Below, one piece after another: positions 45,667 through 55,834 of a stretch of 64,000 bases of DNA (within the stretch, counting starts at the first letter, position 1; each line of letters begins with the position of its first letter). The stretch spans positions 173 through 64,172 of the forward strand of contig JBILVQ010000001.1 in the NCBI GenBank assembly GCA_044370375.1, in the 5' to 3' direction. A program made the translations under genes and the position numbers. Below the pieces are notes generated by a model. The model did no database searches. It was not told the DNA's origin and saw only the letters and a list, made by a program, of their open reading frames with translations. This stretch comes from Bacteroidia bacterium (GTDB taxonomy: Bacteria > Bacteroidota > Bacteroidia > UBA4408).

Positions 45667-46191
45667 GTGGCGCTTAAAAAGAAAAATGATAGGAGGGGAC
45701 GAGTAGTCCCCTCTTTTTTTTCATGCTTGCCAATGCTTAATGCTGAACATATAAATCAGTTGGTTCTTGAACATATTCACGGTTCAGGAATTTTTCTTGT
45801 AGATATTAAAGTTTCTAAAGGAAACAAAATATCTGTGTTTATTGACCGTTTGGAAGGACTGGCCATTGATGATTGTGTTGCCCTCAGTCGATTCCTTGAG
45901 GAAAAACTAGACCGCGAAGCCAACGATTTTGAGCTGGAGGTTTCTTCCCCTGGTCTTGATGCACCTTTTAAAGTGCCCGAACAATACAGCAAAGCTGTTG
46001 GCAGAACGATTCAGGTCCTTACCCTTGAAAGCAAGAAATTGGAAGGAGTACTCAAAAAAGTTGAAGACCAAACCTTATTCATTGAGCTCTTAACCAAAAA
46101 GAAAAAGGCAGCTAACAACCCTCAAGAAACTGAGGTTGTATTGCCCTTGACACAAATTAAATCCACCAAAGAATTGTTAATAATCAAATAA
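45667..46191 (+). CDS. rimP: Ribosome maturation factor RimP
   Basis: Features include LVLEHIHGSGIFLVDIKV...ISVFIDRLEGLAIDDCVALSRFLEEKLDRE and a C-terminal domain. The ORF track starts at a GTG (45667). The first 22 codons span the terminator-like hairpin, so the likely true start is the ATG at about 45733 (MLNAEH...). Confidence 0.8.
   Translation: MALKKKNDRRGRVVPSFFSCLPMLNAEHINQLVLEHIHGSGIFLVDIKVSKGNKISVFIDRLEGLAIDDCVALSRFLEEKLDREANDFELEVSSPGLDAPFKVPEQYSKAVGRTIQVLTLESKKLEGVLKKVEDQTLFIELLTKKKKAANNPQETEVVLPLTQIKSTKELLIIK
45693..45721 (+). terminator. Intrinsic-terminator-like hairpin in the leader of the rimP-nusA-infB operon (candidate attenuator)
   Basis: An 8-bp GC-rich stem (GAGGGGAC and GTCCCCTC) flanks a gagta loop and is followed by a run of 8 or more Ts on the + strand. 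It lies between a TAnnTTTG match (TACCTTTG, about 45655-45663) and the conserved rimP Met (about 45733). Coordinates are ±2. Confidence 0.45.
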
Positions 46192-46197
46192 CCCGAT

Positions 46198-47448
46198 ATG
46201 AACCACATCAATCTTATTGAATCGTTTTCTGAGTTCAAAGAGTTCAAAAGCATTGACCGTCCTACCATGATGAGTATACTCGAAGATGTTTTTCGTAGTA
46301 TGATTATCAAACGCTATGGAACAGATGAAAACTTCGATATCATTATCAATATTGACAAAGGCGACCTTGAAGTTTGGAGAAACCGCCTTATTGTTGATGA
46401 TGAGTTTGCTGAAGATAGCTTCGATTATGATGAGAATAAACACATCAGCCTTACAGATGCCCGAAAAGTTGATGCCGATTTCGATATAGGTGAAGAAATA
46501 ACCGAACCGGTTAACATGAATGATTTCGGTAGAAGGGCAGTTTTGGCTTTGCGTCAGAATTTGGTTTCAAGGGTGCTTGAACTCGAAAAAGACGGTATTT
46601 ACCGTAAGTACAAAGAAAGAGTAGGAGAGATTGTTACCGGAGAAGTTTATCAAATTTGGAAACGCGAAATTTTATTGCTCGATGACGAAGGGAATGAACT
46701 TATTTTGCCAAAAATAGAACAAATCCCTACCGATTTTTTCAAAAAAGGCGACACCGTTAAATCGGTGGTGGCAAGGGTGGAAATGAAAAACAATAACCCC
46801 TCCATTATTCTATCCAGAACTTCCCCCGTTTTTCTTGAGCGACTTTTTGAACAAGAGGTTCCCGAAGTTTTTGATGGCTTAATTACCATCAAGAAAATTG
46901 TTCGCGAGCCGGGCGAGCGATCAAAAGTTGCTGTTGAATCGTATGACGACAGAATTGATCCAGTAGGAGCTTGTGTGGGTATGAAGGGATCCAGAATTCA
47001 TGGAATTGTTAGAGAATTAAGAAACGAAAACATTGATGTAATCAATTACACCAATAATGTTTCACTCTACATTACACGTGCCCTTAGTCCTGCAAAAATT
47101 ACATCCATAAAACTGGATGAAGAAACCAAAAGAGCCGAAGTTTATTTAAGACCCGATCAGGTTTCTCTTGCCATCGGAAAAGGAGGCCATAACATTAAAT
47201 TGGCCGGTAAATTAACCGGGTATGAAATTGATGTTTACCGTGACTCTGATATCGATCAGGAGGATGTGGATTTGGAAGAATTTGCAGATGAAATTGAATC
47301 CTGGATTATTGATGAATTGAAAGCCATTGGCTGCGACACTGCTAAGAGTGTACTTGAACTCAGCCCCGAAGAATTGCTGAAAAGAACCGATCTTGAGGAG
47401 GAAACAATCAAAGATGTTCGCTCCATTTTAAAAGCAGAGTTTGAATAA
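46198..47448 (+). CDS. nusA: Transcription termination/antitermination factor NusA
   Basis: The architecture is an N-terminal domain, S1 and two KH domains (GACVGMKGSRIHGIVRELRNENIDVI, IGKGGHNIKLAGKLTGYEIDV). The length is 416 aa. It lies downstream of rimP and upstream of infB. Confidence 0.9.
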   Translation: MNHINLIESFSEFKEFKSIDRPTMMSILEDVFRSMIIKRYGTDENFDIIINIDKGDLEVWRNRLIVDDEFAEDSFDYDENKHISLTDARKVDADFDIGEEITEPVNMNDFGRRAVLALRQNLVSRVLELEKDGIYRKYKERVGEIVTGEVYQIWKREILLLDDEGNELILPKIEQIPTDFFKKGDTVKSVVARVEMKNNNPSIILSRTSPVFLERLFEQEVPEVFDGLITIKKIVREPGERSKVAVESYDDRIDPVGACVGMKGSRIHGIVRELRNENIDVINYTNNVSLYITRALSPAKITSIKLDEETKRAEVYLRPDQVSLAIGKGGHNIKLAGKLTGYEIDVYRDSDIDQEDVDLEEFADEIESWIIDELKAIGCDTAKSVLELSPEELLKRTDLEEETIKDVRSILKAEFE

Positions 47449-47485
47449 TTCTCACACAAAAAAGTTTAAACAATTAAGGAACTGA

Positions 47486-50410
47486 ATGCCCGAAAGCACA
47501 GAAAATATCAGGTTAAGTAAAGCCGCCAAGGAATTAAACGTTGGGATTGCCACCATCCTCGAATTCGCTCAAAAGAAAGGATTAAGCGTGGATTCTAATC
47601 CCAATGGGAAAATTTCCATGCAGATTTTCGAGGTTCTTGAAAAAGAATTCTCAAAAGACAAACAGGCAAAGGAGGAATCTAAGCAAAAGTCATTGTCAAC
47701 ACGCCAGAAAAAGGAGACAATTACCATTGACGAGAAAACCCCTACACCGCACAGCCACGATAAGAAAGAGGCAGAGGAAATTTTAATCAAGGATAACAAT
47801 ATCCCCTTTCAACGTGAGGTGGAAGTGCCAAAGGTTGAAGAAGTGGTTGTTGTGCCTGAGCCAGAGAGCATTCCGGAACCTCCGGAAATTATCCCCGAAC
47901 CTGTGGTTGTTGAAGCTTCTGTACCTCCTGAAGTTCCGGTACCCGCTGCCCCTGAAAATGCAGAACCTGAGGTAATAAAACCTAGAATTGAAGAAGCCAT
48001 CAATCCTAAAGTTGTTGGCAAAATAGATCTCGAATCCCTTTCCGGCAAAGGAAAATCAGGCAAGAAATCCATCAAAAAGGAAGAAGCCGAAGTGCCTGCC
48101 AAAACGAAAGCCAAGGTTAAAGAGGAACCCAAAACCGAGCCTGTTCAGGAAGTGCCGGCAACTCCTGCAGTGGTGCCGCCGGCCGAAGTTGAAACACCCA
48201 AACCCGAAGCTCCGGAAAAAGTTGAACCCGAGCACCATGTTACCCAGTACGGAAAATTAGAGGGCCCAACCATTCTTGGCAAAATGGTTTTGCCGGTGAA
48301 GGAAGAGAAAAAGAAGCCCGTTGCTTCTAGTTCCGGAAATGAACAAGGGAAAAAGAAAAGAAAACGCATTAAAAAAGGCCCACTGGGTGCCGAAGGTGGC
48401 GCTCCTGACCAAAATCAACAGAACCAGCAAGGTCAGGCAAATGCCGGTCAACAACAAAGAAGACCTAATCAAAGACCTAACCAGGGTCGTCCGCTTCCTC
48501 CCGTTAAAAAAGAACTTACCCAAGAGGAAATTGATGCCCAGATAAAAGAAACCCTTGCAAGATTAAGCGGTACAGGAAAATCGTCCTCCTCTAAATACAG
48601 AAGACAAAAACGTGAATTGGCCAGTCAGCAAGTACAGGACGATCTACAGCAATTAGAAGAAGGCAAAAGAGTTCTTCACGTAACAGAATTTATTTCTGCC
48701 AATGAGTTGGCCAGTTTAATGAACGTTCCGGTTAACAACGTTATCTCAACTTGTATGAGTCTGGGTATGTTTGTTTCTATCAACCAGCGTTTAAGTGCCG
48801 AAATTATTTCCATTGTTGCCGAAGAATTTCATTTCAAAGTTGAGTTTGTTTCTGCAGAGGCCACTGTATCGGCCAAAGAAGAAGCCGACCGACCTGAGGA
48901 TCTTACTCCACGACCACCCATTGTTACCGTGATGGGTCACGTTGACCATGGTAAAACCTCTTTGCTGGACCATATCAGAAAAACCAATGTTATTGGTGGA
49001 GAGGCAGGAGGAATTACCCAGCACATTGGTGCCTATGGGGTGAAATTGGATAGCGGAAAAAGAATTACTTTCTTGGATACCCCCGGACACGAGGCCTTTA
49101 CAGCTATGCGTGCAAGGGGTGCTCAGGTAACAGATATAGTAATCATTGTAGTGGCTGCTGATGATAATGTAATGCCTCAAACCAGAGAGGCCATTAACCA
49201 CGCTCAGGCAGCGGGTGTTCCCATTATCATTGCCATCAATAAAATTGATAAACCCGGAGCAAATCCTGACAAAATCAGAGAGGAGCTTTCTGCAATGAAC
49301 ATTTTGGTGGAAGAATGGGGAGGAAAATACCAGTGTCAGGAAATTTCAGCTAAAAAAGGCACCAACATGGATGTTCTCCTAGAAAAAGTTCTTCTTGAAG
49401 CCGAAATGCTTGATTTAAAGGCCAATGCTAAAAAGAATGCCATTGGTACCGTGATAGAATCTTCATTAGATAAAGGACGTGGATATGTAACCACTGTACT
49501 TATTCAATCCGGAACACTAAAAATGGGTGATACCATGCTGGCCGGTTGTTACAGCGGTAAGGTAAAAGCAATGTTCAACGAAAGAGGAATCACCGTAAAA
49601 GAGGCCGGACCTTCAACACCTGTGTTGTTGCTCGGACTTTCAGGTGCTCCTACCGCAGGAGATACCTTTAAAGTAATGGATGATGAAAGGGAAGCCAAAG
49701 AAATTGCAGCCAAAAGGCTTCAGTTATTGCGTGAGCAAGGTTACCGAACACAAAAACATATTACGTTGGATGAAATTGGCCGAAGATTGGCCATTGGCGA
49801 CTTTAAGGAACTAAACATCATTGTAAAAGGAGATGTGGATGGTTCTGTTGAAGCGTTAACCGATTCATTGTTGAAATTAACCACCGAAAAGGTTCAGGTA
49901 AATGTGATTCACAAATCGGTTGGACAGGTAACGGAATCCGATGTTTTGCTGGCTTCTGCCTCTAATGCCATTATTGTAGCATTCCAGGTTCGTCCGTCTG
50001 CCTCAGCAAGAAAACTGGCCGAGCAGGAACAAATCGATATACGGATGTACTCTGTAATCTACGATGCCATCAATGAGGTGAAATCGGCCATGGAGGGAAT
50101 GTTGGCACCTACTTTTGAGGAAAAAATCACCTGTAACATCGAAATTAGGGATGTTTTCAAGATTTCTAAGGTGGGAACCATTGCAGGATGTATGGTTTTG
50201 GACGGAAAAGTCAACCGAAACACAAAAGTCAGGGTAATCCGCGATGGAATCGTGGTTTATACGGGCGAACTGGGCTCACTGAAAAGGTTTAAGGACGATG
50301 TGAAGGAAGTTGCCTCCGGATATGAGTGCGGTTTGAACATCAATAATTTCAACGATATCAAGGTTGGAGACATCATAGAAGGCTACGAAATGGTAGAAAT
50401 GAAAAGATAA
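47486..50410 (+). CDS. infB: Translation initiation factor IF-2
   Basis: The G-domain is [21 protein letters not shown]...[30 protein letters not shown]...NKIDK. The N-terminal ~380 aa are low-complexity P/E/K-rich. The length is 974 aa. Confidence 0.9.
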   Translation: MPESTENIRLSKAAKELNVGIATILEFAQKKGLSVDSNPNGKISMQIFEVLEKEFSKDKQAKEESKQKSLSTRQKKETITIDEKTPTPHSHDKKEAEEILIKDNNIPFQREVEVPKVEEVVVVPEPESIPEPPEIIPEPVVVEASVPPEVPVPAAPENAEPEVIKPRIEEAINPKVVGKIDLESLSGKGKSGKKSIKKEEAEVPAKTKAKVKEEPKTEPVQEVPATPAVVPPAEVETPKPEAPEKVEPEHHVTQYGKLEGPTILGKMVLPVKEEKKKPVASSSGNEQGKKKRKRIKKGPLGAEGGAPDQNQQNQQGQANAGQQQRRPNQRPNQGRPLPPVKKELTQEEIDAQIKETLARLSGTGKSSSSKYRRQKRELASQQVQDDLQQLEEGKRVLHVTEFISANELASLMNVPVNNVISTCMSLGMFVSINQRLSAEIISIVAEEFHFKVEFVSAEATVSAKEEADRPEDLTPRPPIVTVMGHVDHGKTSLLDHIRKTNVIGGEAGGITQHIGAYGVKLDSGKRITFLDTPGHEAFTAMRARGAQVTDIVIIVVAADDNVMPQTREAINHAQAAGVPIIIAINKIDKPGANPDKIREELSAMNILVEEWGGKYQCQEISAKKGTNMDVLLEKVLLEAEMLDLKANAKKNAIGTVIESSLDKGRGYVTTVLIQSGTLKMGDTMLAGCYSGKVKAMFNERGITVKEAGPSTPVLLLGLSGAPTAGDTFKVMDDEREAKEIAAKRLQLLREQGYRTQKHITLDEIGRRLAIGDFKELNIIVKGDVDGSVEALTDSLLKLTTEKVQVNVIHKSVGQVTESDVLLASASNAIIVAFQVRPSASARKLAEQEQIDIRMYSVIYDAINEVKSAMEGMLAPTFEEKITCNIEIRDVFKISKVGTIAGCMVLDGKVNRNTKVRVIRDGIVVYTGELGSLKRFKDDVKEVASGYECGLNINNFNDIKVGDIIEGYEMVEMKR

Positions 50411-50465
50411 TGCATCTTTTTCATCCTTCATGTGTTGAAAATTTTTTTAAAGTTGAAAAAAGTTT

Positions 50466-50473
50466 TACATTTG
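50466..50473 (+). promoter_or_regulatory. Candidate -7 box (TACATTTG) upstream of rplM-rpsI
   Basis: A TAnnTTTG match lies about 45 nt upstream of the GTG start of rplM and is followed by a CCCC-TTTTT-GGGG mini-hairpin. This is a motif match only. Confidence 0.25.
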
Positions 50474-50517
50474 CAGCCCCTTTTTGGGGTAGTACAATAA
50501 TTTAAAAAAGAAAAACA

Positions 50518-50973
50518 GTGGACGCTCTTAGCTACAAAACTGTATACGCCAACAATCAAACTGTTGAGAAACAGTGGTTGGTAATTAATGCCGAAGACCT
50601 TGTCCTTGGCCGTTTATCTTCTCAAATTGCCAAAATTTTGAGAGGAAAACACAAAGCAAGTTTCACCCCTAATGTTGACTGCGGAGACAACGTTATCGTG
50701 ATTAATGCCGAAAAGGTAAAACTCACCGGTAATAAAGTTTCTGAGAAGGAATACGTTCGTTACACCGGCTATCCGGGCGGGCAGCGTTTTACCTCTCCTG
50801 CATTATTGCTCAACTCTCATCCTGAAAGGATTATTGAGTTAGCGGTGCGCAGAATGTTGCCAAAAACGAAATTAGGCCGCGCGGTTTTTGGTAATCTTTA
50901 TGTTTACCCCGGAACCAGCCATCCTCATGAGGCACAAAAACCAAAAGAACTCGATATCAAACCTTTGCTTTAA
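50518..50973 (+). CDS. rplM: 50S ribosomal protein L13
   Basis: The product (KQWLVINAEDLVLGRLSSQIAKILRGKHKASFTPNVDCGDNVIVINAEK) is typical L13. The start codon is GTG. Confidence 0.9.
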   Translation: MDALSYKTVYANNQTVEKQWLVINAEDLVLGRLSSQIAKILRGKHKASFTPNVDCGDNVIVINAEKVKLTGNKVSEKEYVRYTGYPGGQRFTSPALLLNSHPERIIELAVRRMLPKTKLGRAVFGNLYVYPGTSHPHEAQKPKELDIKPLL

Positions 50974-50979
50974 TATTTC

Positions 50980-51366
50980 ATGGAAGTAACCAATACCACC
51001 GGAAGAAGGAAAACAGCCGTAGCCCGCGTTTATTTGCAGGCTGGAACCGGTAATGTTGTGATTAATAATCGCGACCTCAAGAACTATTTTCCAACCGCTA
51101 CCCTTCAGTACAAAGTACAACAGCCTCTTGAAGCTACCGGTGTTGCCGGTACTTACGATATTAAAGTAAACGTTGCTGGCGGAGGAATTACCGGACAGGC
51201 AGAAGCGGTTCGCTTGGCCATTTCAAAAGCTTTGGTTGAATTGAACGCAGAAAATCGTACAGCACTTAAACCACTTGGCTTCCTTACCCGTGACCCAAGA
51301 ATGGTTGAGCGTAAAAAGCCCGGCCAGAAAAAGGCTCGTAAACGCTTCCAGTTCAGTAAACGTTAA
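50980..51366 (+). CDS. rpsI: 30S ribosomal protein S9
   Basis: Features include GRRKTAVARVYL and the C-terminus PGQKKARKRFQFSKR. Confidence 0.9.
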   Translation: MEVTNTTGRRKTAVARVYLQAGTGNVVINNRDLKNYFPTATLQYKVQQPLEATGVAGTYDIKVNVAGGGITGQAEAVRLAISKALVELNAENRTALKPLGFLTRDPRMVERKKPGQKKARKRFQFSKR

Positions 51367-51399
51367 TTTTTATTTCATACCCAAGCAGAATTCCTCCAG

Positions 51400-52200
51400 A
51401 TGTCAAGAACTAACTATACAGAATTACTCGAAGCAGGTGTTCATTTCGGTCACCTAAAGAGAAAATGGAATCCCAAAATGGCTCCCTATATCTTTATGGA
51501 GAAAAACGGAATCCACATCATTGATCTGAACAAGACCCAGGCGATGCTTGATGAAGCAGCCGATGCAATGAAACAAATTGCAAAATCAGGTAAAAAAATA
51601 TTGTTCGTTGCTACGAAAAAGCAAGCCAAAGAGGTGGTTGCCAATGCCGTTGGAAAAATTAACATGCCCTATGTTACCGAAAGATGGCCCGGTGGTATGC
51701 TAACCAATTTTGCAACCATCCGTAAGGCGATCAAAAAAATGTCTACCATCGATAAAATGTCTACCGATGGTACTTTTGAAAATATCCACAAAAAGGAAAG
51801 ATTGATGTTTACCCGCGAACGCGAAAAACTTCAAAAAACCCTTGGAAGTATTGCCGACCTTACCCGTTTGCCTGCTGCCATTTTTATTGTAGATATCTCT
51901 AAAGAACATATCGCTGTTGCAGAAGCCCGCAGATTAAACATCCCTACCTTTGCTATTGTTGATACCAACAGCAATCCTGATGTAGTTGATTTTGCCATCC
52001 CTGCCAATGATGATGCATCCAAATCCATCGAATTGATCATGCGTGTGCTTACCAATGCCATTCAAGAAGGTTTGTCAGAAAGAAAAGTAGACAAAGACAA
52101 AGATGCCGATGGCGCTGATGGAGAAGTTGTTGCTACGCTTGAAGAAGCCGCTGAAGAAGCAACAGACGGAAAAAGACCAAGAAAATCTAAAAAAGACTAA
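51400..52200 (+). CDS. rpsB: 30S ribosomal protein S2
   Basis: Features include [24 protein letters not shown]...GIHIIDL and an acidic C-terminal tail. Confidence 0.9.
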   Translation: MSRTNYTELLEAGVHFGHLKRKWNPKMAPYIFMEKNGIHIIDLNKTQAMLDEAADAMKQIAKSGKKILFVATKKQAKEVVANAVGKINMPYVTERWPGGMLTNFATIRKAIKKMSTIDKMSTDGTFENIHKKERLMFTREREKLQKTLGSIADLTRLPAAIFIVDISKEHIAVAEARRLNIPTFAIVDTNSNPDVVDFAIPANDDASKSIELIMRVLTNAIQEGLSERKVDKDKDADGADGEVVATLEEAAEEATDGKRPRKSKKD

Positions 52201-52221
52201 TCAACCAAAATAATTTTTACC

Positions 52222-53055
52222 ATGTCAAGTGGAATTGCCATTTCAGCTGCTGATGTAAACAAATTACGTGCACAAACCGGAGCAGGAATGATGGATTGTA
52301 AAAAAGCTTTGATGGAATCTGAAGGAGATTTCGAAAAAGCGATTGATTACCTCCGTAAAAAAGGACAAAAAGTTGCTGCCAACCGTGGCGACCGTGATGC
52401 CCGCGAGGGTTATGTAATTGCAAAAGTTGCTGCTGATGCAACCAAAGGAATCATTCTTTCCTTGAACTGCGAAACCGATTTCGTAGCCAAAAACGATGCA
52501 TTTATTCAGTTTGCTACTGAAATTGCCGATAAAGCCTTAGCAACATTTCCTGCAAATGCAGAGGAATTGTTGGCTCAGGATTTGAATGGCTTGTCAGTTG
52601 CCGACAGAATTATTGAGAATGTTGGAAAAATTGGCGAGAAAATAGAAATTTCTCACTTTGCGCCTATTCAGGCGGCTTGTGTGGTTGCTTACAACCATCC
52701 CGGAAACAGAGTGGCTACTTTAATTGGCTTCAATAAAGCATCCAACGAGCAAATCATGCGTGATGTAGCAATGCAAGCTGCTGCAATGGCGCCTGTTGCA
52801 CTCGATAGAGGAGATGTTTCTACCGAAATGCTCGAAAGAGAAATTGAAATTGGTAAGGAGCAAGCAAGAGCAGAAGGAAAACCCGAAGATAAAATTGAAA
52901 TGATTGCCAAAGGGAAGGTTGAAAAATTCTATAAAGAATCAACCTTGCTCAATCAAGAGTTTATCAAGGACAACAAGAAAACAGTTCGTCAATACATGGA
53001 CGAAAACGATAAAGGCCTTACTGCTACAGCATTCAAGCGAGTAGCCCTCGGCTAA
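52222..53055 (+). CDS. tsf: Translation elongation factor Ts
   Basis: The UBA-like N-terminus is AADVNKLRAQTGAGMMDCKKALMESEGDFEKAIDYLRKKG. The length is 277 aa and the gene lies downstream of rpsB. Confidence 0.9.
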   Translation: MSSGIAISAADVNKLRAQTGAGMMDCKKALMESEGDFEKAIDYLRKKGQKVAANRGDRDAREGYVIAKVAADATKGIILSLNCETDFVAKNDAFIQFATEIADKALATFPANAEELLAQDLNGLSVADRIIENVGKIGEKIEISHFAPIQAACVVAYNHPGNRVATLIGFNKASNEQIMRDVAMQAAAMAPVALDRGDVSTEMLEREIEIGKEQARAEGKPEDKIEMIAKGKVEKFYKESTLLNQEFIKDNKKTVRQYMDENDKGLTATAFKRVALG

Positions 53056-53071
53056 ACTTTATTAGAAATTC

Positions 53072-53103
53072 AAAAAGAGAGACTTGGTTCTCTCTTTTTT
53101 TTT
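53072..53103 (+). terminator. Rho-independent terminator after tsf
   Basis: The stem is AAAAAGAGAGA and TCTCTCTTTTT around a cttggt loop, followed by a T-run of about 9. It lies between tsf and pyrH. Confidence 0.5.
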
Positions 53104-53112
53104 AACCTGATT

Positions 53113-53820
53113 ATGGCATATAAAAGAATTTTACTCAAATTGAGCGGTGAATCCCTCATGGGCGATAAGCAATTTGGTATTGATAATGACCGATTGGCTC
53201 AATACGCGAAAGAAATAAAACAAGTTAGCGAGAAAGGCATACAGGTGGCAGTAGTGATTGGTGGTGGAAATATCTTTAGAGGTATTCAAGCCGAACAAGG
53301 TGGCATGGATCGTGTTCAAGGCGATTACATGGGCATGTTGGCAACTGTCATTAATTCGATGGCGCTACAAAGTGCCCTTGAAGGCATGGATGTACCAACA
53401 AGGTTGTTGTCGGCCATTAAAATGGAGGAAATTTGTGAACCTTTTATCCGTAGAAGAGCGGTTCGCCATTTGGAAAGAGGTTTGGTGGTCATTTTCGGTG
53501 CCGGTACTGGAAACCCCTATTTTACAACGGATACTGCAGCCTCTTTGCGTGCCATTGAAATTGAGGCCAATGTTATTTTGAAGGGAACCAGGGTGGATGG
53601 AATTTATACCGCTGACCCTGAAAAGGATGCATCTGCCGTGAAATATGAGAACATCTCCTTCGATGAGGTTTATAGCAAAGGCCTTAATGTGATGGACATG
53701 ACAGCTTTTACTTTGTGTAAAGAAAATAACCTGCCCATCATTGTTTTCGATATGAACAAGCCCGGTAATTTGTTAAAATTGGTTGCAGGAGAAAAAATTG
53801 GTACTTTGGTTGAAGTTTAA
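53113..53820 (+). CDS. pyrH: UMP kinase
   Basis: Features include [22 protein letters not shown]...[11 protein letters not shown]...[15 protein letters not shown]. Confidence 0.9.
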   Translation: MAYKRILLKLSGESLMGDKQFGIDNDRLAQYAKEIKQVSEKGIQVAVVIGGGNIFRGIQAEQGGMDRVQGDYMGMLATVINSMALQSALEGMDVPTRLLSAIKMEEICEPFIRRRAVRHLERGLVVIFGAGTGNPYFTTDTAASLRAIEIEANVILKGTRVDGIYTADPEKDASAVKYENISFDEVYSKGLNVMDMTAFTLCKENNLPIIVFDMNKPGNLLKLVAGEKIGTLVEV

Positions 53821-53832
53821 AAAGTAGAAATT

Positions 53833-54399
53833 ATGAGTGCTGAAAAAGCGAAAGCAAGTATTGATTTGGCCGAAGAATTAATGAAGAAGGCCATTCAACA
53901 TCTCGAAAGTGAGCTAACAAAAGTAAGAGCAGGAAAGGCCAATCCACAAATGGTGGAAGGGGTTTCTGTTGAGTATTATGGAAGTCATGTGCCTTTGAGC
54001 AATGTTTCCAGTGTAAGCTCTCCTGATGCCCGGACCCTGATCATCCAACCATGGGAAAAAAACATGTTGTTGCCCATCGAGAAAGCTATCCAGGTAGCAA
54101 ACCTAGGCTTTAACCCGCAAAATGATGGAAACTTCATTCGTATTTCTGTCCCACCGTTAACAGAAGACAGAAGAAAAGATTTGGTTAAGAAAGCCAAAGC
54201 CGAAGCAGAACATTGCAAGGTTACTTTACGCACTGCCCGCAGAGATGCAAATGAAACACTTAAGAAATTAGTGAAGGAAGGTTTGCCTGAAGATTTAGCA
54301 AAAGATGGTGAAACAAAAGTGCAGAACCTTACCGATAGCTATTCTTCAAAGGTTGATAAAATTATTGAAGTGAAAGAAAAGGAAATCATGACCGTTTAA
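53833..54399 (+). CDS. frr: Ribosome recycling factor
   Basis: The length is 188 aa. Features include VRAGKANPQMVEGVSVEYYGSHVPL and the C-terminus LTEDRRKDLVKKAKAEAEHCKV... Confidence 0.9.
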   Translation: MSAEKAKASIDLAEELMKKAIQHLESELTKVRAGKANPQMVEGVSVEYYGSHVPLSNVSSVSSPDARTLIIQPWEKNMLLPIEKAIQVANLGFNPQNDGNFIRISVPPLTEDRRKDLVKKAKAEAEHCKVTLRTARRDANETLKKLVKEGLPEDLAKDGETKVQNLTDSYSSKVDKIIEVKEKEIMTV

Positions 54400-54417
54400 T
54401 CGGCATAGAAAAATATT

Positions 54418-54452
54418 GCCCCCAATGGTTCAGTACTATTGGGGGCTTTTTT
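54418..54452. terminator. Terminator hairpin between convergent frr (+) and marR-like (-) genes
   Basis: The stem is GCCCCCAAT and ATTGGGGGC around an 11-nt loop. It is followed by TTTTTT on the + strand and preceded by an A-rich stretch (T-rich on the - strand). Confidence 0.5.
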
Positions 54453-54464
54453 ATACTTGTTGAT

Positions 54465-54941
54465 TTACCCTCTTAGCTTATCAAGTAATTCATTCAAAAG
54501 CTTGGCTTCAGCCTCATCAAGTGTGCTTAATTCTGCCAGCATTTTCTCTTCCTCAATATCCATTTGAAGCAATAATTTTAACCCTTCTTCGGTTATGCTT
54601 ACTTCAACTGCTCTTCTGTCATTAAGATTTGTCTGACGTTGTACCAATTTTTTTTGTCGCAGTTTTTCAACCAGGCGTGAAGCATTTGAATTTTTATCAA
54701 TCATCCTTTCGGATATGGAAAGGATCGAGCAGGGATTGGGTAATTGCCCTCTCAGGATTCTTAAAATATTGTATTGCTGTGGAGAGATGCCATAAGCTTT
54801 GAAGTGTTGAATACTTTTTAAATGAAGCCAACTGCCTGTAAAGAATAAGTTGATGAATAGTTTGTGGTATTCATTGTTAAACTTTTTTTGTCTGATGTCT
54901 TCATGGATATTTCCCACAATGTTTGCCTCTTTAACTCCCAA
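54465..54941 (-). CDS. MarR-family transcriptional regulator
   Basis: The winged-HTH region is ISPQQYNILRILRGQLPNPCSILSISERMIDKNSNASRLVEKLRQKKLVQR. The length is 158 aa. Confidence 0.75.
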   Translation of the reverse strand: MGVKEANIVGNIHEDIRQKKFNNEYHKLFINLFFTGSWLHLKSIQHFKAYGISPQQYNILRILRGQLPNPCSILSISERMIDKNSNASRLVEKLRQKKLVQRQTNLNDRRAVEVSITEEGLKLLLQMDIEEEKMLAELSTLDEAEAKLLNELLDKLRG

Positions 54942-54946
54942 AAAAA

Positions 54947-55825
54947 TCAGGCGCTGATAGCTTCCACCTCCTTGTTTACTTTTTTAACCAGGCCCTGCAA
55001 TACCTTGCCCGGTCCGGCCTCAATGAATTGTGTAGCGCCATCCTTCAACATGTTTTCAACGGTTTGGGTCCAGCGAACAGGAGCTGTTAACTGAGCTACC
55101 AGGTTTTTCTTTATTAATGCAGGATCGGCAACAGCCTGCGCATTTACATTTTGGTAAACGGGGCAAATGGGCACATTAAATTCGCTTTGCTCAATGGCCT
55201 CCTCCAATTCTTTTCTGGCAGGTTCCATCAGAGGAGAATGAAAAGCTCCCCCAACCTGCAATACCAAAGCTCTTTTGGCTCCTGCTTGTTTCATTAAATC
55301 GCAGGCCTGATTGATTCCTTCAATACTTCCTGATATTACCAGTTGTCCGGGGCAATTATAATTGGCGGCAACAACCACCTCTCCCTTAACAGAAGCACAA
55401 ACTTCTTCCACCTTTGCGTCTTCTAAACCCAATACAGCTGCCATGGTTGATGGATTTTGTTCACAGGCTTTTTGCATAGCATTTGCACGCTTGGCAACCA
55501 AACGAAGTCCGTTTTCAAAACTCAATGTACCATTGGCTACAAGCGCAGAAAATTCACCAAGGGAATGTCCTGCCACCATATCCGGATGAAAATTATTCCC
55601 CAAGCTTTTGATAACTGCCATTGAATGAATAAAAATGGCAGGCTGGGTAACATTTGTTTGTCGCAGCTGTTCTTCGGTGCCATGAAACATGATTTCGCTA
55701 ATATTAAAACCAAGGATTTCATTTGCTTTATCAAACAAAGCCTTAACATCTGAATTGTTTTCATAAAGATCTTTTCCCATGCCCGGAAACTGGGCACCCT
55801 GTCCGGGGAAGATGTAAGCTTTCAT
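54947..55825 (-). CDS. fabD: ACP S-malonyltransferase
   Basis: Features include MKAYIFPGQGAQFPGMGKDLYE, the active-site GHSLGEFSAL and a C-terminal ferredoxin-like subdomain. Confidence 0.85.
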   Translation of the reverse strand: MKAYIFPGQGAQFPGMGKDLYENNSDVKALFDKANEILGFNISEIMFHGTEEQLRQTNVTQPAIFIHSMAVIKSLGNNFHPDMVAGHSLGEFSALVANGTLSFENGLRLVAKRANAMQKACEQNPSTMAAVLGLEDAKVEEVCASVKGEVVVAANYNCPGQLVISGSIEGINQACDLMKQAGAKRALVLQVGGAFHSPLMEPARKELEEAIEQSEFNVPICPVYQNVNAQAVADPALIKKNLVAQLTAPVRWTQTVENMLKDGATQFIEAGPGKVLQGLVKKVNKEVEAISA

Positions 55826-55834
55826 AGTTTCTTA

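Noticed and set aside
47569-48545. Cluster of small ORFs in both strands within the infB 5' region (47569-47799, 47809-48132, 48056-48238, 48321-48545)
   Set aside because: They lie inside the low-complexity P/E/K-rich N-terminal domain of IF-2. They are compositional artefacts, and infB coding is unambiguous.
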